Below are positions 10,051 through 19,781 of a stretch of 20,656 nucleotides of DNA, piece after piece. The first letter of the stretch is position 1. The number at the start of each line of letters is the position of its first letter. This DNA comes from Vicugna vicugna (lineage: Eukaryota), in contig MU058423.1 in assembly GCA_013265495.1 (NCBI GenBank), positions 4,364,783 to 4,385,438 of the forward strand. Direction: 5' to 3'. A program made the translations under genes and the position numbers. The notes under the pieces were generated by a model. That model was not told the origin of the DNA, made no database searches, and saw only the letters and a list, made by a program, of their open reading frames with translations.

Positions 10051-10883
10051 GCTCCTTCCAGAAGCAACTCCACCCCAGGGAAGGGCGAGTAGAGCAGATA
10101 AGCCTAATCCAGGAAGAAAGCCTTCTTCCCTGGAAGAGGGACTTGAGTCTGAGAGCAACACGGAGCAGGACACTTGCATATGTCTCCCAGCCAGCTCTCT
10201 GGGGATGGGGGCGACAGATGGAAAGTGAAAGAGTTCCCTCCCGTGTTGCTTTGGGACACATTTGACAAAGGTGAACACTGAAGTGAGCATGGAAGCACCC
10301 TCCCCACTTCCGCATGAATCAGAGGATAACCTTAACACTCTGAGGTCTCCAGAGGACACACAGCACTTCGGCACCTTGAGGACGTCAGCACCAGCTCTGT
10401 CCCCAGGTTGTGGTGAAGAGGCACGGAGGCAGGGCGGGGGGTGGGGGGCCTGTAGAAACCATTCTTCTGTGGATGCAAGGCAAGGACAGCAGAGTTTCCT
10501 CAAATCAGAGTCACCATAGCTGTTGACATGCACGTCACCTCATCTTCCAAAGGCAAAATGTTCTGAACCGCTTTGCCTATTTAAATAAAATTAAAACAGC
10601 CAACCCTAGATACTAAGCATATGTACAGTTTCTCCATGGAAGAGTCCACTTTTCTCCTTGGTTTCTGGAGCAGAAATTGATCAAAAGGAAAGCAGAATAA
10701 AGAGATTCTTAAAAACAAAGAAGTGCACAGCAAGATCTCTTGCTAAGTGTCATGAAAAACCTGGCTTTGTGCCATCCCCTTCACAGTTACAGTGTTCTTC
10801 CTGTGGGAAGAATCTACAATCTGAAAGTCATTTTTTTTTCAGTGTGTATACCTACGGCATGAAGTAACTGATTCCATAGAAGG

Positions 10884-10902
10884 TTTTTTCTTTTTTTTTT
10901 TT
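10884..10902. repeat. T-rich tract (T6-C-T12)
   Basis: Read directly. Confidence 0.9.
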
Positions 10903-11619
10903 ACCCCCACAGACATGGGAGGAAAATGGGAAAGTGTTTGAGGCAAAATGAAATCTGTAGGTGTCACAGTTACTGCTCTGAAAAGTGCCTCCTCAGAGTG
11001 GGGGCCGCAGCTCAGCTATTACAGAGGATAATAAAGCCGTGTCAGACAGGGGAGAGGATTTCTTTCATAAAACCTACACTGACACTTGTGACTGGCCTGG
11101 ATACTGGAGAAATTAGGAACCAAGTAATTGGATGTGTTCATCTCCAAAACACGCTTCATACCACTTTTGAAAAAATGTCAGTGAAAAATCTTTTTCTTCC
11201 TTTTCTAAAATCACCAGGCAGAAATCTCTCAAGACCAAATTTCAAAGTGGCTTCCATGTTCATCCTCTTAAAACGCTGCCTATCAGCTTCTGCCCACCCA
11301 GTTACACCAGAAAGGGCAGGGTTGGGGATAGATACCAAGGCCTATGTTAAAGCAGGACTCATCTGAAACTAGCTCTTAATCCAGGCTGGCACATGGTCTA
11401 GAATCTCCCTGAGTCAAGGAGTTACTTCTGAATTTACTAATACACTCTCCCCAACACAGTCTTACACAGTAACCTGGGCATACCAAGCACTGAAAAGATG
11501 ATCTATTAAGTTTTTTTTTAATGCTTAAAATCTAAAACTGACACACTTGAGTCTCTAGGAATAAACTGTGAGGTGGTTATGAGGTGCAGCTTTGAGAAGA
11601 GAGGCTGAAAGCCCCATAT

Positions 11620-11760
11620 ATTCAGGTGAGCAGGCATCTATGTAACACTGGGTGAAGGGCACTTTAGAAGAGAGACACTGGCAGATTTTAAGACATGCAA
11701 AGGTGAACGATATGAGCCCTTCCTAGAAAGAACTCCCAGTCTAACTAGGAAGATAGACTT
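11620..11760 (-). mobile_element. L2 3' tail, antisense
   Basis: 'atgcaaaggtgaacgatatgagcccttcctagaaagaactcccagtctaactaggaagatagac' resembles 'atacaaagatgaataagacacggtccctgccctcaaggagctcacagtctagtgggggagacagac'. Confidence 0.6.
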
Positions 11761-11784
11761 GATTAAAAATCACCTTAATAAATG

Positions 11785-12437
11785 GTTCGAATGGCCAGAA
11801 AACATAAAATGCTCGACTTCGTTACCTACCAGGGAAAAGAAAATTGAAACCACAGTGCAATACCACTGTACACTCCAGAACAGCAGAAGAGAAAGAGATG
11901 TGAGATACAGAATATCGGTGAGGATGTGGTGTATGCAGAACTTCATGCACTGCAGGGTGGTGCTGGTGGAGGTGGGGGATGAGGGAGGACAGGTCGGCCA
12001 CTTTAGAAAAATGCTCATCAGTGTCTAGGAAAGCCTGAAGGGAGAATAAGTTATAACCCAACAATTACACTCCTAGGTATATACCTAAGAGAAACACATG
12101 GATGTTCACCAAGAAATATGTATTAGAAAGTTCCAACAGCCCTGGAAATTACCCCAATCTCCATCCACTGTAAACGAATAAATCGTCATACAGTCATACA
12201 ATGAACAAGGAGAATGAACAATCTACAACTACACACAATGAGGCAGATAGATGTAAAAGACATGCTAAACCAAACAAGTCAGATGAAAAAGGCGTACACT
12301 ATATGATTCCATTTCCATGAAGTCCCAAAAGAAGCCAAACTAGCTTATGCTATAAGAAGTCAGGACAGAAGTCATCTTTTAGGGGTCGGGGCAATTAGTA
12401 AAGTGTAAATGGCAGTTGAAAGGAGCATGAGAGGTAT
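11785..12437 (+). mobile_element. Old L1 (L1MD/L1ME-type) ORF2 3' end and 3' UTR, left part
   Basis: 'aatggccagaaaacataaaatgctcgacttcgtta...aaattgaaaccacagtgcaataccact...ggtgaggatgtgg...acccaacaattacactcctaggtatatacctaagagaaa...tatatgattccattt'. The frame fragment IKCSTSLPTREKKIETTVQYH resembles L1 ORF2p MKKCSTSLIIREMQIKTTMRYH. Confidence 0.9.
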
Positions 12438-13004
12438 TGTCAGAGAATAGGTTCTTGCCTTTAACAGCAAAGAATTCAAGAGGGAGGCACAGTAAAGCTA
12501 AAGCAAGTTTATTTAGAGATACACACTCCATAGACAGAGTGGGGTCTGTCTCACTCAGAAAGGAAATTGGCTTAGGAGATACATACTCCTTAGGCCATCT
12601 CAAAAGGTGAGAGGGAGAGAGGCCCAGAGGTGCAGGTGTTTAGTTTAAAACAGAATTAGATACACACTCTACAGACAGAGTGCGGGCCAGAGAGAGAGCG
12701 ACAAAGAGGTGTGGCGTTAGTCTTTATGAACTCGGTCATTTCACATGCTAATAAGTACGAGGATTATTCCAACTATTTGGGGGAAGGGGCAGGGATTTCA
12801 AGGAATCACCCCCCCCCCCCGCTCACTTTCTGACCTTTTATGGTCAGCCTAAGAACTGTCATGGTGCCTGTGGGAGAGCCATGAGGCTCAAGGTCTACTG
12901 GAGGTCAAATCTTCCTTCATCTTGGTTCTAACCAGCTAGTGCTGTCCTCAGTGGCTCTGTCATGCCTTCAGTGATTGTGTCCTGCCCCTTTCCCTCCTGT
13001 CTCA
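12438..13004 (-). mobile_element. Solo LTR of an endogenous retrovirus, probably ERV1 class, 567 bp
   Basis: TG...CA termini (TGTCAGAG...TGTCTCA) and a perfect 4-bp TSD GTAT at 12434-12437 and 13005-13008. AATAAA lies on the minus strand near 12508-12513. It splits an otherwise contiguous L1 3' UTR. Confidence 0.9.
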
Positions 13005-13148
13005 GTATTTCTGGGTGTGGTGAAATGTTCTGTTTCTTTACCTGGTGCTAGTCGTACAGGTGACCTTCCGGTTTCTTAAAATTCATTGTTTTGCATGTGT
13101 ACCTATGATGTGTGCACACTGACGTATATATTTGACTAATAAAACAAT
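13005..13148 (+). mobile_element. Old L1 3' UTR, right part, to the poly(A) signal
   Basis: 'ttctgggtgtggtgaaatgttctgtttctttacctggtg...aaaattcatt...tatgatgtgtgcac...aataaaa' continues the L1 that the LTR interrupts. Confidence 0.85.
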
Positions 13149-13451
13149 TTCGCGAGAAGCTTGCTTTATTTACTGAAAGGAAATTATAAAGAAAGTATTC
13201 AGAGTTTGTGGTCCAGGGGCATTTTAATTTCACACTTTGAGGCTCTGGATCCTGGTCAAGCGGTCAGGGCAGGGCGGGGTGGGGGGCGGGAAGCTATGCC
13301 ATAGGAAAAACAGCTCTTGAAGGTCACAGCCCAGAAAGACATGTCCACCAAAAGACAGAGATGTAATCAGAAGATTATGAAATGCTCTCTATTCCTGACA
13401 CCGTACCACCATACCAGCAGGGCTCCAGTATAACAGTAGGTCATAGTTCAA

Positions 13452-13545
13452 GTGGATATATAGAAACTGCTGTGTTCACAATTTTTCTGTAAATCTAAAA
13501 CTATTCTAAAACAAAAAGTTTATTTTTAATAAATGAAAAAAAAAT
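13452..13545 (+). mobile_element. L1MB/L1MC-type extreme 3' end with A-tail
   Basis: 'ggatatatagaaact...caatttttctgtaaatctaaaactattctaaaacaaaaagtttattttt' followed by an A-rich tail. Confidence 0.75.
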
Positions 13546-14410
13546 CATTGTGATAGACAAAAAGGAAAAAAAAGAGAGAGAGAGAGGGAATGAAAGAGAG
13601 ACATGGTTAAGTTCCCGAATAAACAAAACATCTCCACGGTCAGACATGAAAAACACTCTGCAGGAAACGGGGCTAAACTGAAAGCCTGCTGGGCTTCAAG
13701 TCTGAAAACCAGAAAATGTAGCTGGGAAGTTAGCTCTCCTGTGGAATCTAGAGCCAAAAGTGCCCACACAAAATGAGAAATTATAGTCAAGCATGGCTTC
13801 CTCCAGCTTGAAAGCGGACTCAAGAACAAAAGCTGGTGCTATAAGCACATAATGGAGCAGAAGACCTAGGGGTCAGGACGAAGCCAGGACAGCATGGAAG
13901 CCAGAACCTTGGCCACGCTGCTGTGGGTCCAGGGACTCCACCTGCCGTGTCTCCAGTGTCGCATGCAGATGGGAACCCTAGAGTCTAGTTCTGCACGGGA
14001 AGAATGGGGAAATGTAGTGGAGCATCCCCAAACCAGCAGTCAGCATGTGTGCGTGGAGATTACGGGAGAACGGGTGAGAGGCAAGAAAACAGGTTAAGAT
14101 AAGGCCATTGTTTCCAGTATCTACTGCTATGTAACAAAGCATGTACTCTAAAACTCTGGCTTAAACCAATTACTATTTTATTGTATCTCATAATTTTGCA
14201 AGTCAGAAATGTGAGCAGACCTCAGCTGGGTGATTCTTCTGCTCTATCTGGTATCAGTTATGGCCATTTGATGGTATTCAGATGGTGGCTAAGGTGATCT
14301 CGAGAGTTAGAGACAGCTTAGCTCACGTGCCTGGTTAATCAGCTGGGCCCCTCTCCTTCTCCACTGTAGTCTCAGGGCCTTTCCATGCAGTCATTTATGT
14401 GGTAGTTGGA

Positions 14411-14501
14411 ATGAATACATGTATGTACATGCATGACTGGGACATTGTGCTGTACACCAGAAATTGACACACTGTAACTGATGGTACTTCAATATAAATA
14501 A

Positions 14502-14537
<36 letters not shown>
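14411..14537 (+). mobile_element. Heavily 5'-truncated young L1 3' end (camelid-like) with a microsatellite tail
   Basis: 'atgtatgtacatgcatgactgggacattgtgctgtacaccagaaattgacacactgtaactga...acttcaat' is an artiodactyl/camelid-type L1 terminus. It is flanked by TTGGA on both sides (14406-14410, 14541-14545). Confidence 0.8.
14503..14537. repeat. (TAGA)n tetranucleotide microsatellite, 8.75 units
   Basis: Read directly; preceded by TAAA units. Confidence 0.97.
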
Positions 14538-14789
14538 TCATTGGACTTCTTCCATGGTGGCCTAGGGCTGTGAAGGGACTGTTTCAAGAGATAGGAAGAA
14601 CCCAGAAATTGGCTCAGTATCACCACCTAGTGTTTTAGTCAAAAGAGTTACAGACCCCACTAAATTAGAATTATAGATTCACCACTCAGTGGAAGTAGTA
14701 TCAAGCAATTTGTGACCTTCTTTAATCCACTATCGTCTTTAAGTCAAAACTGTAAGACAGGTGATGACATTTAATGCCAAAATTTCTTA

Positions 14790-15873
14790 CCAAAGAAGTC
14801 AATGAACGGGAGATAAATTTGTTCCAAATGAAATGAAAATAATAGGAGCATCTGATAATGTCAACATAAAAGGCTGAGAATTTTCAAAGCGATACAGAGG
14901 AGCAATAGCATCAAAAATAAAACCATATAAAAATACAAACAAGTAGCTAAGAAGAGTAAGTAGGTTAGAACTCTTGAAAATGAAAAATAAGATATTAAAT
15001 ATTTTAGTATTTTATTTTAAAATAAAGCTTATTTAGTAGAACAAACTTTACGCTTTTGGCAGTCAGTGACAAGAATTAGTGAATCGAAATATGGAATTGA
15101 GAAATTCACCCAAAATGCAATGCAGAAAGATAAAGATATTTAAAAATACATGAATAAGCAGTTAAGAGACACAGGAGATCAGTTGAGACTGTCAAGGATA
15201 TTTCAAAAAAGAATTCAAAGCATAGAAAAAAGGGAATGGATAAAAATTCCCAAAACTGAACAAAAATAGATATTCTCAGATTGAGAGTGTATAGTAACGG
15301 TCAAGCTGAAAAACTAGAAATAACACTATACTTAAATAGAACTTATTGAAATTATATGAAGGAAAACATATATACATATATATAAACCTTTTAGAGAAAA
15401 ATTATCTACCAAAAAAACCAAGATTAATAAAATTTGCAATAAAATTTCATTAGCAATAATATGTACCTATTGTATCTAAAAAACAATTAAAAATCCCTTA
15501 AAATGGATTAAAAAAACTGTCAGTGTGGAATTCTATCTCTGCGTACACCACTATTCTAAAGATATAGAGAAAAAAAGGTATTCTTTGACGTAGACTAAGA
15601 GAAATTAATACTCACAGACCCTTGTTGAAAGAATCATTAAGGAAAGCACTTCAGTTAAAAAGTAATAATAAACACAGAGGGATAGAAGGATATATGTTTA
15701 TATGTGTCTGTGATCAAAGGAATTTACAAGCATTCTTGCTAAATTAAATTACTTGCAAAAGCAAGGAAATGCTACATGTTAAAAAGCGGAATTAAAATTC
15801 TAGACAATAGTAGCAAGAAAAAGGGGGATGGAGGGCCAGAGGGTAGGGATCTAAGATCTTTTTCATTCAAAAA

Positions 15874-15875
<2 letters not shown>
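14790..15875 (+). mobile_element. Ancient L1 ORF1-region remnant (HAL1 or L1M-type)
   Basis: A-rich 'tagaactcttgaaaatgaaaaata...aagaattagtgaatcgaaa...tgagaaattcacccaaaatgcaatgcagaaagataaaga...gttaagagacac...aattcccaaaactga...ctcagattgaga...gaattctat...tactcacagaccct' is colinear with L1 ORF1. No open frame remains. Confidence 0.7.

Positions 15876-15911
<36 letters not shown>
15876..15911. repeat. (GT)18 microsatellite
   Basis: Perfect GT run read directly. Confidence 0.98.
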
Positions 15912-15914
<3 letters not shown>

Positions 15915-15987
15915 CAATATAAAATTATATATATATAAATAATTTTATATTTGGGTTGAAATTTATTAAGATGCTTTAGATGTATCT

Positions 15988-16150
15988 CCACATGATGAAT
16001 ATCAAAAGGCATTATTCTAAGTGAATGAGACCAATCTCAAAATATTACATACTGTATGATTCTGTTTCTATGAAAAAGGGAAACACTCCTGAGACAGAAA
16101 ACAGATCAGCCACTTTAGACAGCGATAGGAAGGGTTGACGGAGGGAAGGC
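15988..16150 (+). mobile_element. Old L1 (L1MC/L1MD-type) 3' UTR fragment
   Basis: 'gatgaatatcaaaaggcattattctaagtgaatgagaccaatctcaaaatattacatactgtatgattct...gagacagaaaacagatcag'. Confidence 0.8.
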
Positions 16151-16579
16151 AATTTATTTTTGATATGAGAAATCAAGCCTCCCTTCACACCAACAAGCTA
16201 CGTGAAGAAGCAGAGAACCACTTCAACAAGGGACAATCAGTGGCCCTAAATTATTTTAACTTGAAAAAGGCTTTGAAAAGTTGCCTCATCAAAGAATATG
16301 AGAGTCAATGAAACAAAGCAGTTCAAAGAGTTTGGCCAAGAAGGAAGAATGATTTGGTCAAAACTTACCCCTGGACACACCTTCCCCTAATGGGGAATTA
16401 TGTGCTGATGGGAATTATGAAAATGCTCCGGTGAAGGTATCCTCAGACAGAAACCAAAGGCAATGTACTGTTCTAACTCAACCACACAGCACGTGATTAG
16501 TTGATATGCTAGGAAAAGCCACCAGATTTCAAAATATGTTATTTTGAAAATGGGGGCTGCTAAGGTTATCTTTGTCACT

Positions 16580-16641
16580 CTTGCACTTACCTACCACACA
16601 GTGGACTCTCAAAAAATGTTTATGAACAAATGAATACATGA
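16580..16641 (+). mobile_element. L2 3' tail
   Basis: 'cctaccacacagtggactctcaaaaaatgtttatgaacaaatgaatacatga' resembles 'cctggcacatagtaggcgctcaataaatgtttgttgaatgaatgaatga'. Confidence 0.7.
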
Positions 16642-17247
16642 GTTAGCTAGCCAAGGAGCCAATACTAATGTATCAGTCAGAGATGAGAATGAAAGAAAGG
16701 AATGGTTACAAGAACAGTGTCTGGGAACCTGACATGGCCACCGGAGTGCTTATCTGGCCAAAGACGGAATGGATCCTATTACTTGTCATGTCAAGTGCTT
16801 CTAATCAGTTGACGAAAGGCCTCGTGATTCCACCAAGGTCAAACAGAAGTTAGTCCTGAGAGGCTCTGGATAAAAGTATCATCATTTCACAGAGACCAAA
16901 TAAACAACTCCTGGTCCAGAAGGCTACGGACCGATGAAATGAGCTATCAGAAAGATACTGAGTGAGCAGAGATTTGTTTTAAAAAGTGGTAATAATGGAT
17001 TTTGTGAGGATATTCCATTATGGCTTCCACTGAAATAGTCACTTCATTCTATGGAGGCTAGAGGTGGGACTCTGAATTAATTATGGTAATTTTAAAGTAT
17101 CTGTGCAAGAGGAGGACTGTGTGCATGAATAAGTAAGTGTCTCTCAGTAACATTTTCTGATGAATAAATCAGTTTAAAATTGGAAATCTGTGTCCTCTGG
17201 TAATTTGTTCTAAGTCTTCCTTCCTGCGAGATCCCTTTTCAAAATTA

Positions 17248-17293
17248 ACACACCTAGAAGACATTCATTAAACATTTGCTGAATGGATGAATT
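17248..17293 (+). mobile_element. L2 3' tail
   Basis: 'cacctagaagacattcattaaacatttgctgaatggatgaat'. Confidence 0.6.
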
Positions 17294-17886
17294 TTGATGT
17301 GACATTGAGATAATACATTTAGCATTACTATTAAGTGGTATCCAATGCATATTTTTCATAAGCAGATGTTTTGCAGTGATTATTGGACTGTAATGAAATT
17401 GAATCCTTGGATAGAAGGTACAAACACATAGGTCTGCGGTGAGTTAGGGTTGCATTTCACATTATTCAAAAGTCTCACCTTTGCTTCCAAAAAAAAATGG
17501 TATAAACACAACATACATAATGTATGCCCAACTATGGAACCAGGGATAGTTCAAAAAAGAAACAATAAAATTGGTGAAAGGGACAATGTACGTCTTTCTA
17601 CATGAAGATATAGAGAAGATTTTATATAGAAGACTCGGGACATAACTGAAGGTTATAAAATCATAAAATGATATATAGAGAATCAACATGGTATTATTTT
17701 AAAAAAACTTGAATCCTAAAATGAGCGTGCCCTCTTTGAATCTTGAGTCTATTTTAGTACCACATCAAGAACATTGTTCAACTTTTTCAAACTAGGAAAT
17801 AATCTCTATAACTTGTCCACCATGTAATATTGACAGAAATATCAAGTTATTTCAGAAAGGCTTAAATAATAAATTCATATACAGGG

Positions 17887-18037
17887 TATGTATGTACAGG
17901 AAGCATACAATATTCTGTATGAACAAATGAATACATAAGTTAGCTAACAAAGGAGCCCAAGCTAATGTATCAGAGAGGAGAGTGAAAGAAAGAAATGGTT
18001 ATGTATATGTATGCACAGGAAGCATACAATATTTTGT
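17887..18037 (+). repeat. 84-bp copy of 16621-16708 flanked by a 32-bp direct repeat
   Basis: 17918-18001 aligns to 16621-16708 at 75/84 identities plus one 4-bp gap. The flanks 17887-17918 and 18006-18037 match at 30/32. Confidence 0.95.
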
Positions 18038-18202
18038 GTTACATTCCTAATATCTTTATGTTAAAATCAGTTGTTCCCAAAAATTAGCCCATTGCTCCAT
18101 TAATAGGGACAGAATAAAGGTTAAACACACCATGACCCAGATTAATGGAGGATTTGGAAAGCCTGAGTGTGATACCATGTCAAACAATATTAGAGCTGAA
18201 TG

Positions 18203-18355
18203 CCCCACAAGACCACAGTACAGTGTTCTCGTTTTACCTAATGAGGAACTGAGGCCCAAAGTGATTAAGTATCTCGCCTGAGGTCACACAACTAACAAAA
18301 GGCAGACACTTGCTAGAATTAGACTGTGAGTTCCCAGTTCTAAGTTCTTTTTATG
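18203..18355 (-). mobile_element. MIR SINE
   Basis: 'tctcgttttacctaatgaggaactgaggcccaaagtgattaagtatctcgcctgaggtcacacaacta...ggcaga'. Confidence 0.85.
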
Positions 18356-18499
18356 ATAGAAATAAGCCAACAAGGATCGGACTTGAAGGCAAATGTTATT
18401 TCTATTTCTTAAATATAAGCATTAAAATCTTTCATTTCATGTTATATAATTTTATTTAAACTTTGTATAATCAGACAGGGGTTTGGGAATTGGGAATAC

Positions 18500-18845
18500 A
18501 GTTTTAACTTGCTAATGCGGAAAATTTCAAGCATGTATAAAAGCAGACAGAATACTATAATGAAAGTTCCATGTTCCCATCATCCACCTTCAACAATTAC
18601 CTCATGACCAATCTTGCTTTATCGATTCCCTACCTAATCTTGCCTCTTCTCACAATATAATTTTGAAGCTAATCCAGGAACGCATTCATGTGCACATCAG
18701 CACATGTGTCTAAATGTAACTACAGTACCGTTATCACACCAAAAAAATTTACTAATAATTTTTAACATCATTTAAAAGCCAATGTTCAAATTTCTAATTG
18801 TTCTACAGATGTCATTTTTAGAATTTGTTCTGAACCAAGAATTTA
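18500..18845 (-). mobile_element. L1MC5-like 3' end
   Basis: 'ggaaaatttcaagcatgtataaaagcagacagaatactataatgaa...ccttcaacaatta...ctcatgaccaatcttg...ttttgaagctaatcc...taccgttatcacacc...tgttcaaatttc'. Confidence 0.85.
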
Positions 18846-19119
18846 AATTTTACTAAATTACTGAAAACAAAGAATAACCAAATAAGCCGTAGTGATGAAA
18901 GTCACGCTATAAGCTACCTTTGGTAACAACAGTAAATCATCGCACATTGAAGAATGGCAAAAAAAAAAGTATCATTTATGAGCCTGGAAGTAAGATCATT
19001 ATTCTGTATAATCACATTGTGACGAAATTTAATGCATAGAAAAATACTTCAAAAGAGATGAGTTTATGATTAAAAATGCAGTGGCCAAGTTGATGGTAAT
19101 GTTTACATGCCATGGTGCA

Positions 19120-19250
19120 CCAAATTATCAATTATGCTCATACCTCCAAATGATCCTGGGCAAGGCGCCACACAGAGGAAATGAAACGGATCCTACCCTG
19201 TCACTGCACACAAGTGTATTCTAATAAGGCACGGCAGAGATTAAACAGGA
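19120..19250 (-). mobile_element. L2 3' tail, antisense
   Basis: 'cctgggcaaggcgccacacagaggaaatgaaacggatcctaccctg...tattctaataagg...agagattaaacag' weakly matches an antisense L2 terminus. Confidence 0.45.
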
Positions 19251-19284
19251 AACACTGCAGGAGAAGCTCTGCAGGAGAAAAACC

Positions 19285-19432
19285 GGCTGAGGTTGAAGTC
19301 AGGGGTTTTAAATTCCAGCCTGGACTCAGCCAAATCTGTTGAACTCACCAGAGGTCAGGCTCCTTTTCGGGATAAAAAGGATTAGGCAAGATCGCCTCTT
19401 AAGTCCCTTCCATATCTAACACTCAATGATTT
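19285..19432 (+). mobile_element. MIR3/MIRc-type SINE
   Basis: Ends 'ggattaggcaagatcgcctcttaagtcccttccatatctaacactcaatgatt', the CR1/L3-derived tail found on these SINEs. Confidence 0.65.
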
Positions 19433-19781
19433 TTAAATACTGTCTATCAACTCTTATATATTAGGCTGAACTTCAAAGATATCACCATATTATTAAACTC
19501 AGTGTTGAAAAATCACTTCATCTATCACACAGTTTCTGAAAAACAAAATCCCAAAGTGGCCACTCCCGTGAATTCTCGTTAGATTGCTTAATGGTGGAAC
19601 TCTGTGACTATGTAACTTGCTGAGGCAGAAGGCAGCATCGGGGAGTAGCAGTGAGCAAGAAGAGACCTACTTAGTATCAGCCTAGCGGGCCACTGTAGCT
19701 AATGGCTGCAGAAGGAATCCCGTCGTGTTTTCTGTATCACACATCTAAGGGTATTACACAGAGATATATTAACACCCCCTG

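Larger units (their letters stand above)
14109..14734 (-). mobile_element. MLT1H-like MaLR solo LTR, interrupted by a short young L1
   Basis: Starts 'tgtttccagtatctactgctatgtaacaaa' and has internal 'ctcagctgggtgattcttctgctc' and 'ggacttcttccatggtggc'. Ends 'aatttgtgaccttctttaatccacta'. Confidence 0.85.
16166..18145 (+). mobile_element. CR1/L3-clade LINE remnant (RT region to 3' end), fragmented
   Basis: Manual translation near 16180-16300 gives TNKLREEAENHFNKGQSVALNYFNLKKA/EKLPHQRI (one frameshift), versus CR1 RT TNLLEFFEGVNKHVDKGEPVDIIYLDFQKAFDKVPHQRL. Near 17630-17670 it gives RRL/DITEGYKIIK, versus RRLRGDMIEVYKIMK. CR1-like 3' sequence follows: 'ttcagaaaggcttaaataataaattcat' and 'gacagaataaaggttaaacacaccatgacccag'. 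The middle (about 16650-17350) is uncertain. Confidence 0.65.

Noticed and set aside
11759..12028. 89-aa ORF with L1 ORF2-like residues
   Set aside because: It is a decayed piece of an old L1 that loses similarity after frameshifts; not a functional CDS.
16180..16350. Processed pseudogene fragment (coding-like composition)
   Set aside because: The translation matches CR1-type reverse transcriptase motifs, not a host gene.
17887..18037. CRISPR-like repeat-spacer-repeat
   Set aside because: There are only two repeats, the spacer is a copy of nearby DNA, no cas genes are present and the context is mammalian. A repair-type duplication explains it better.
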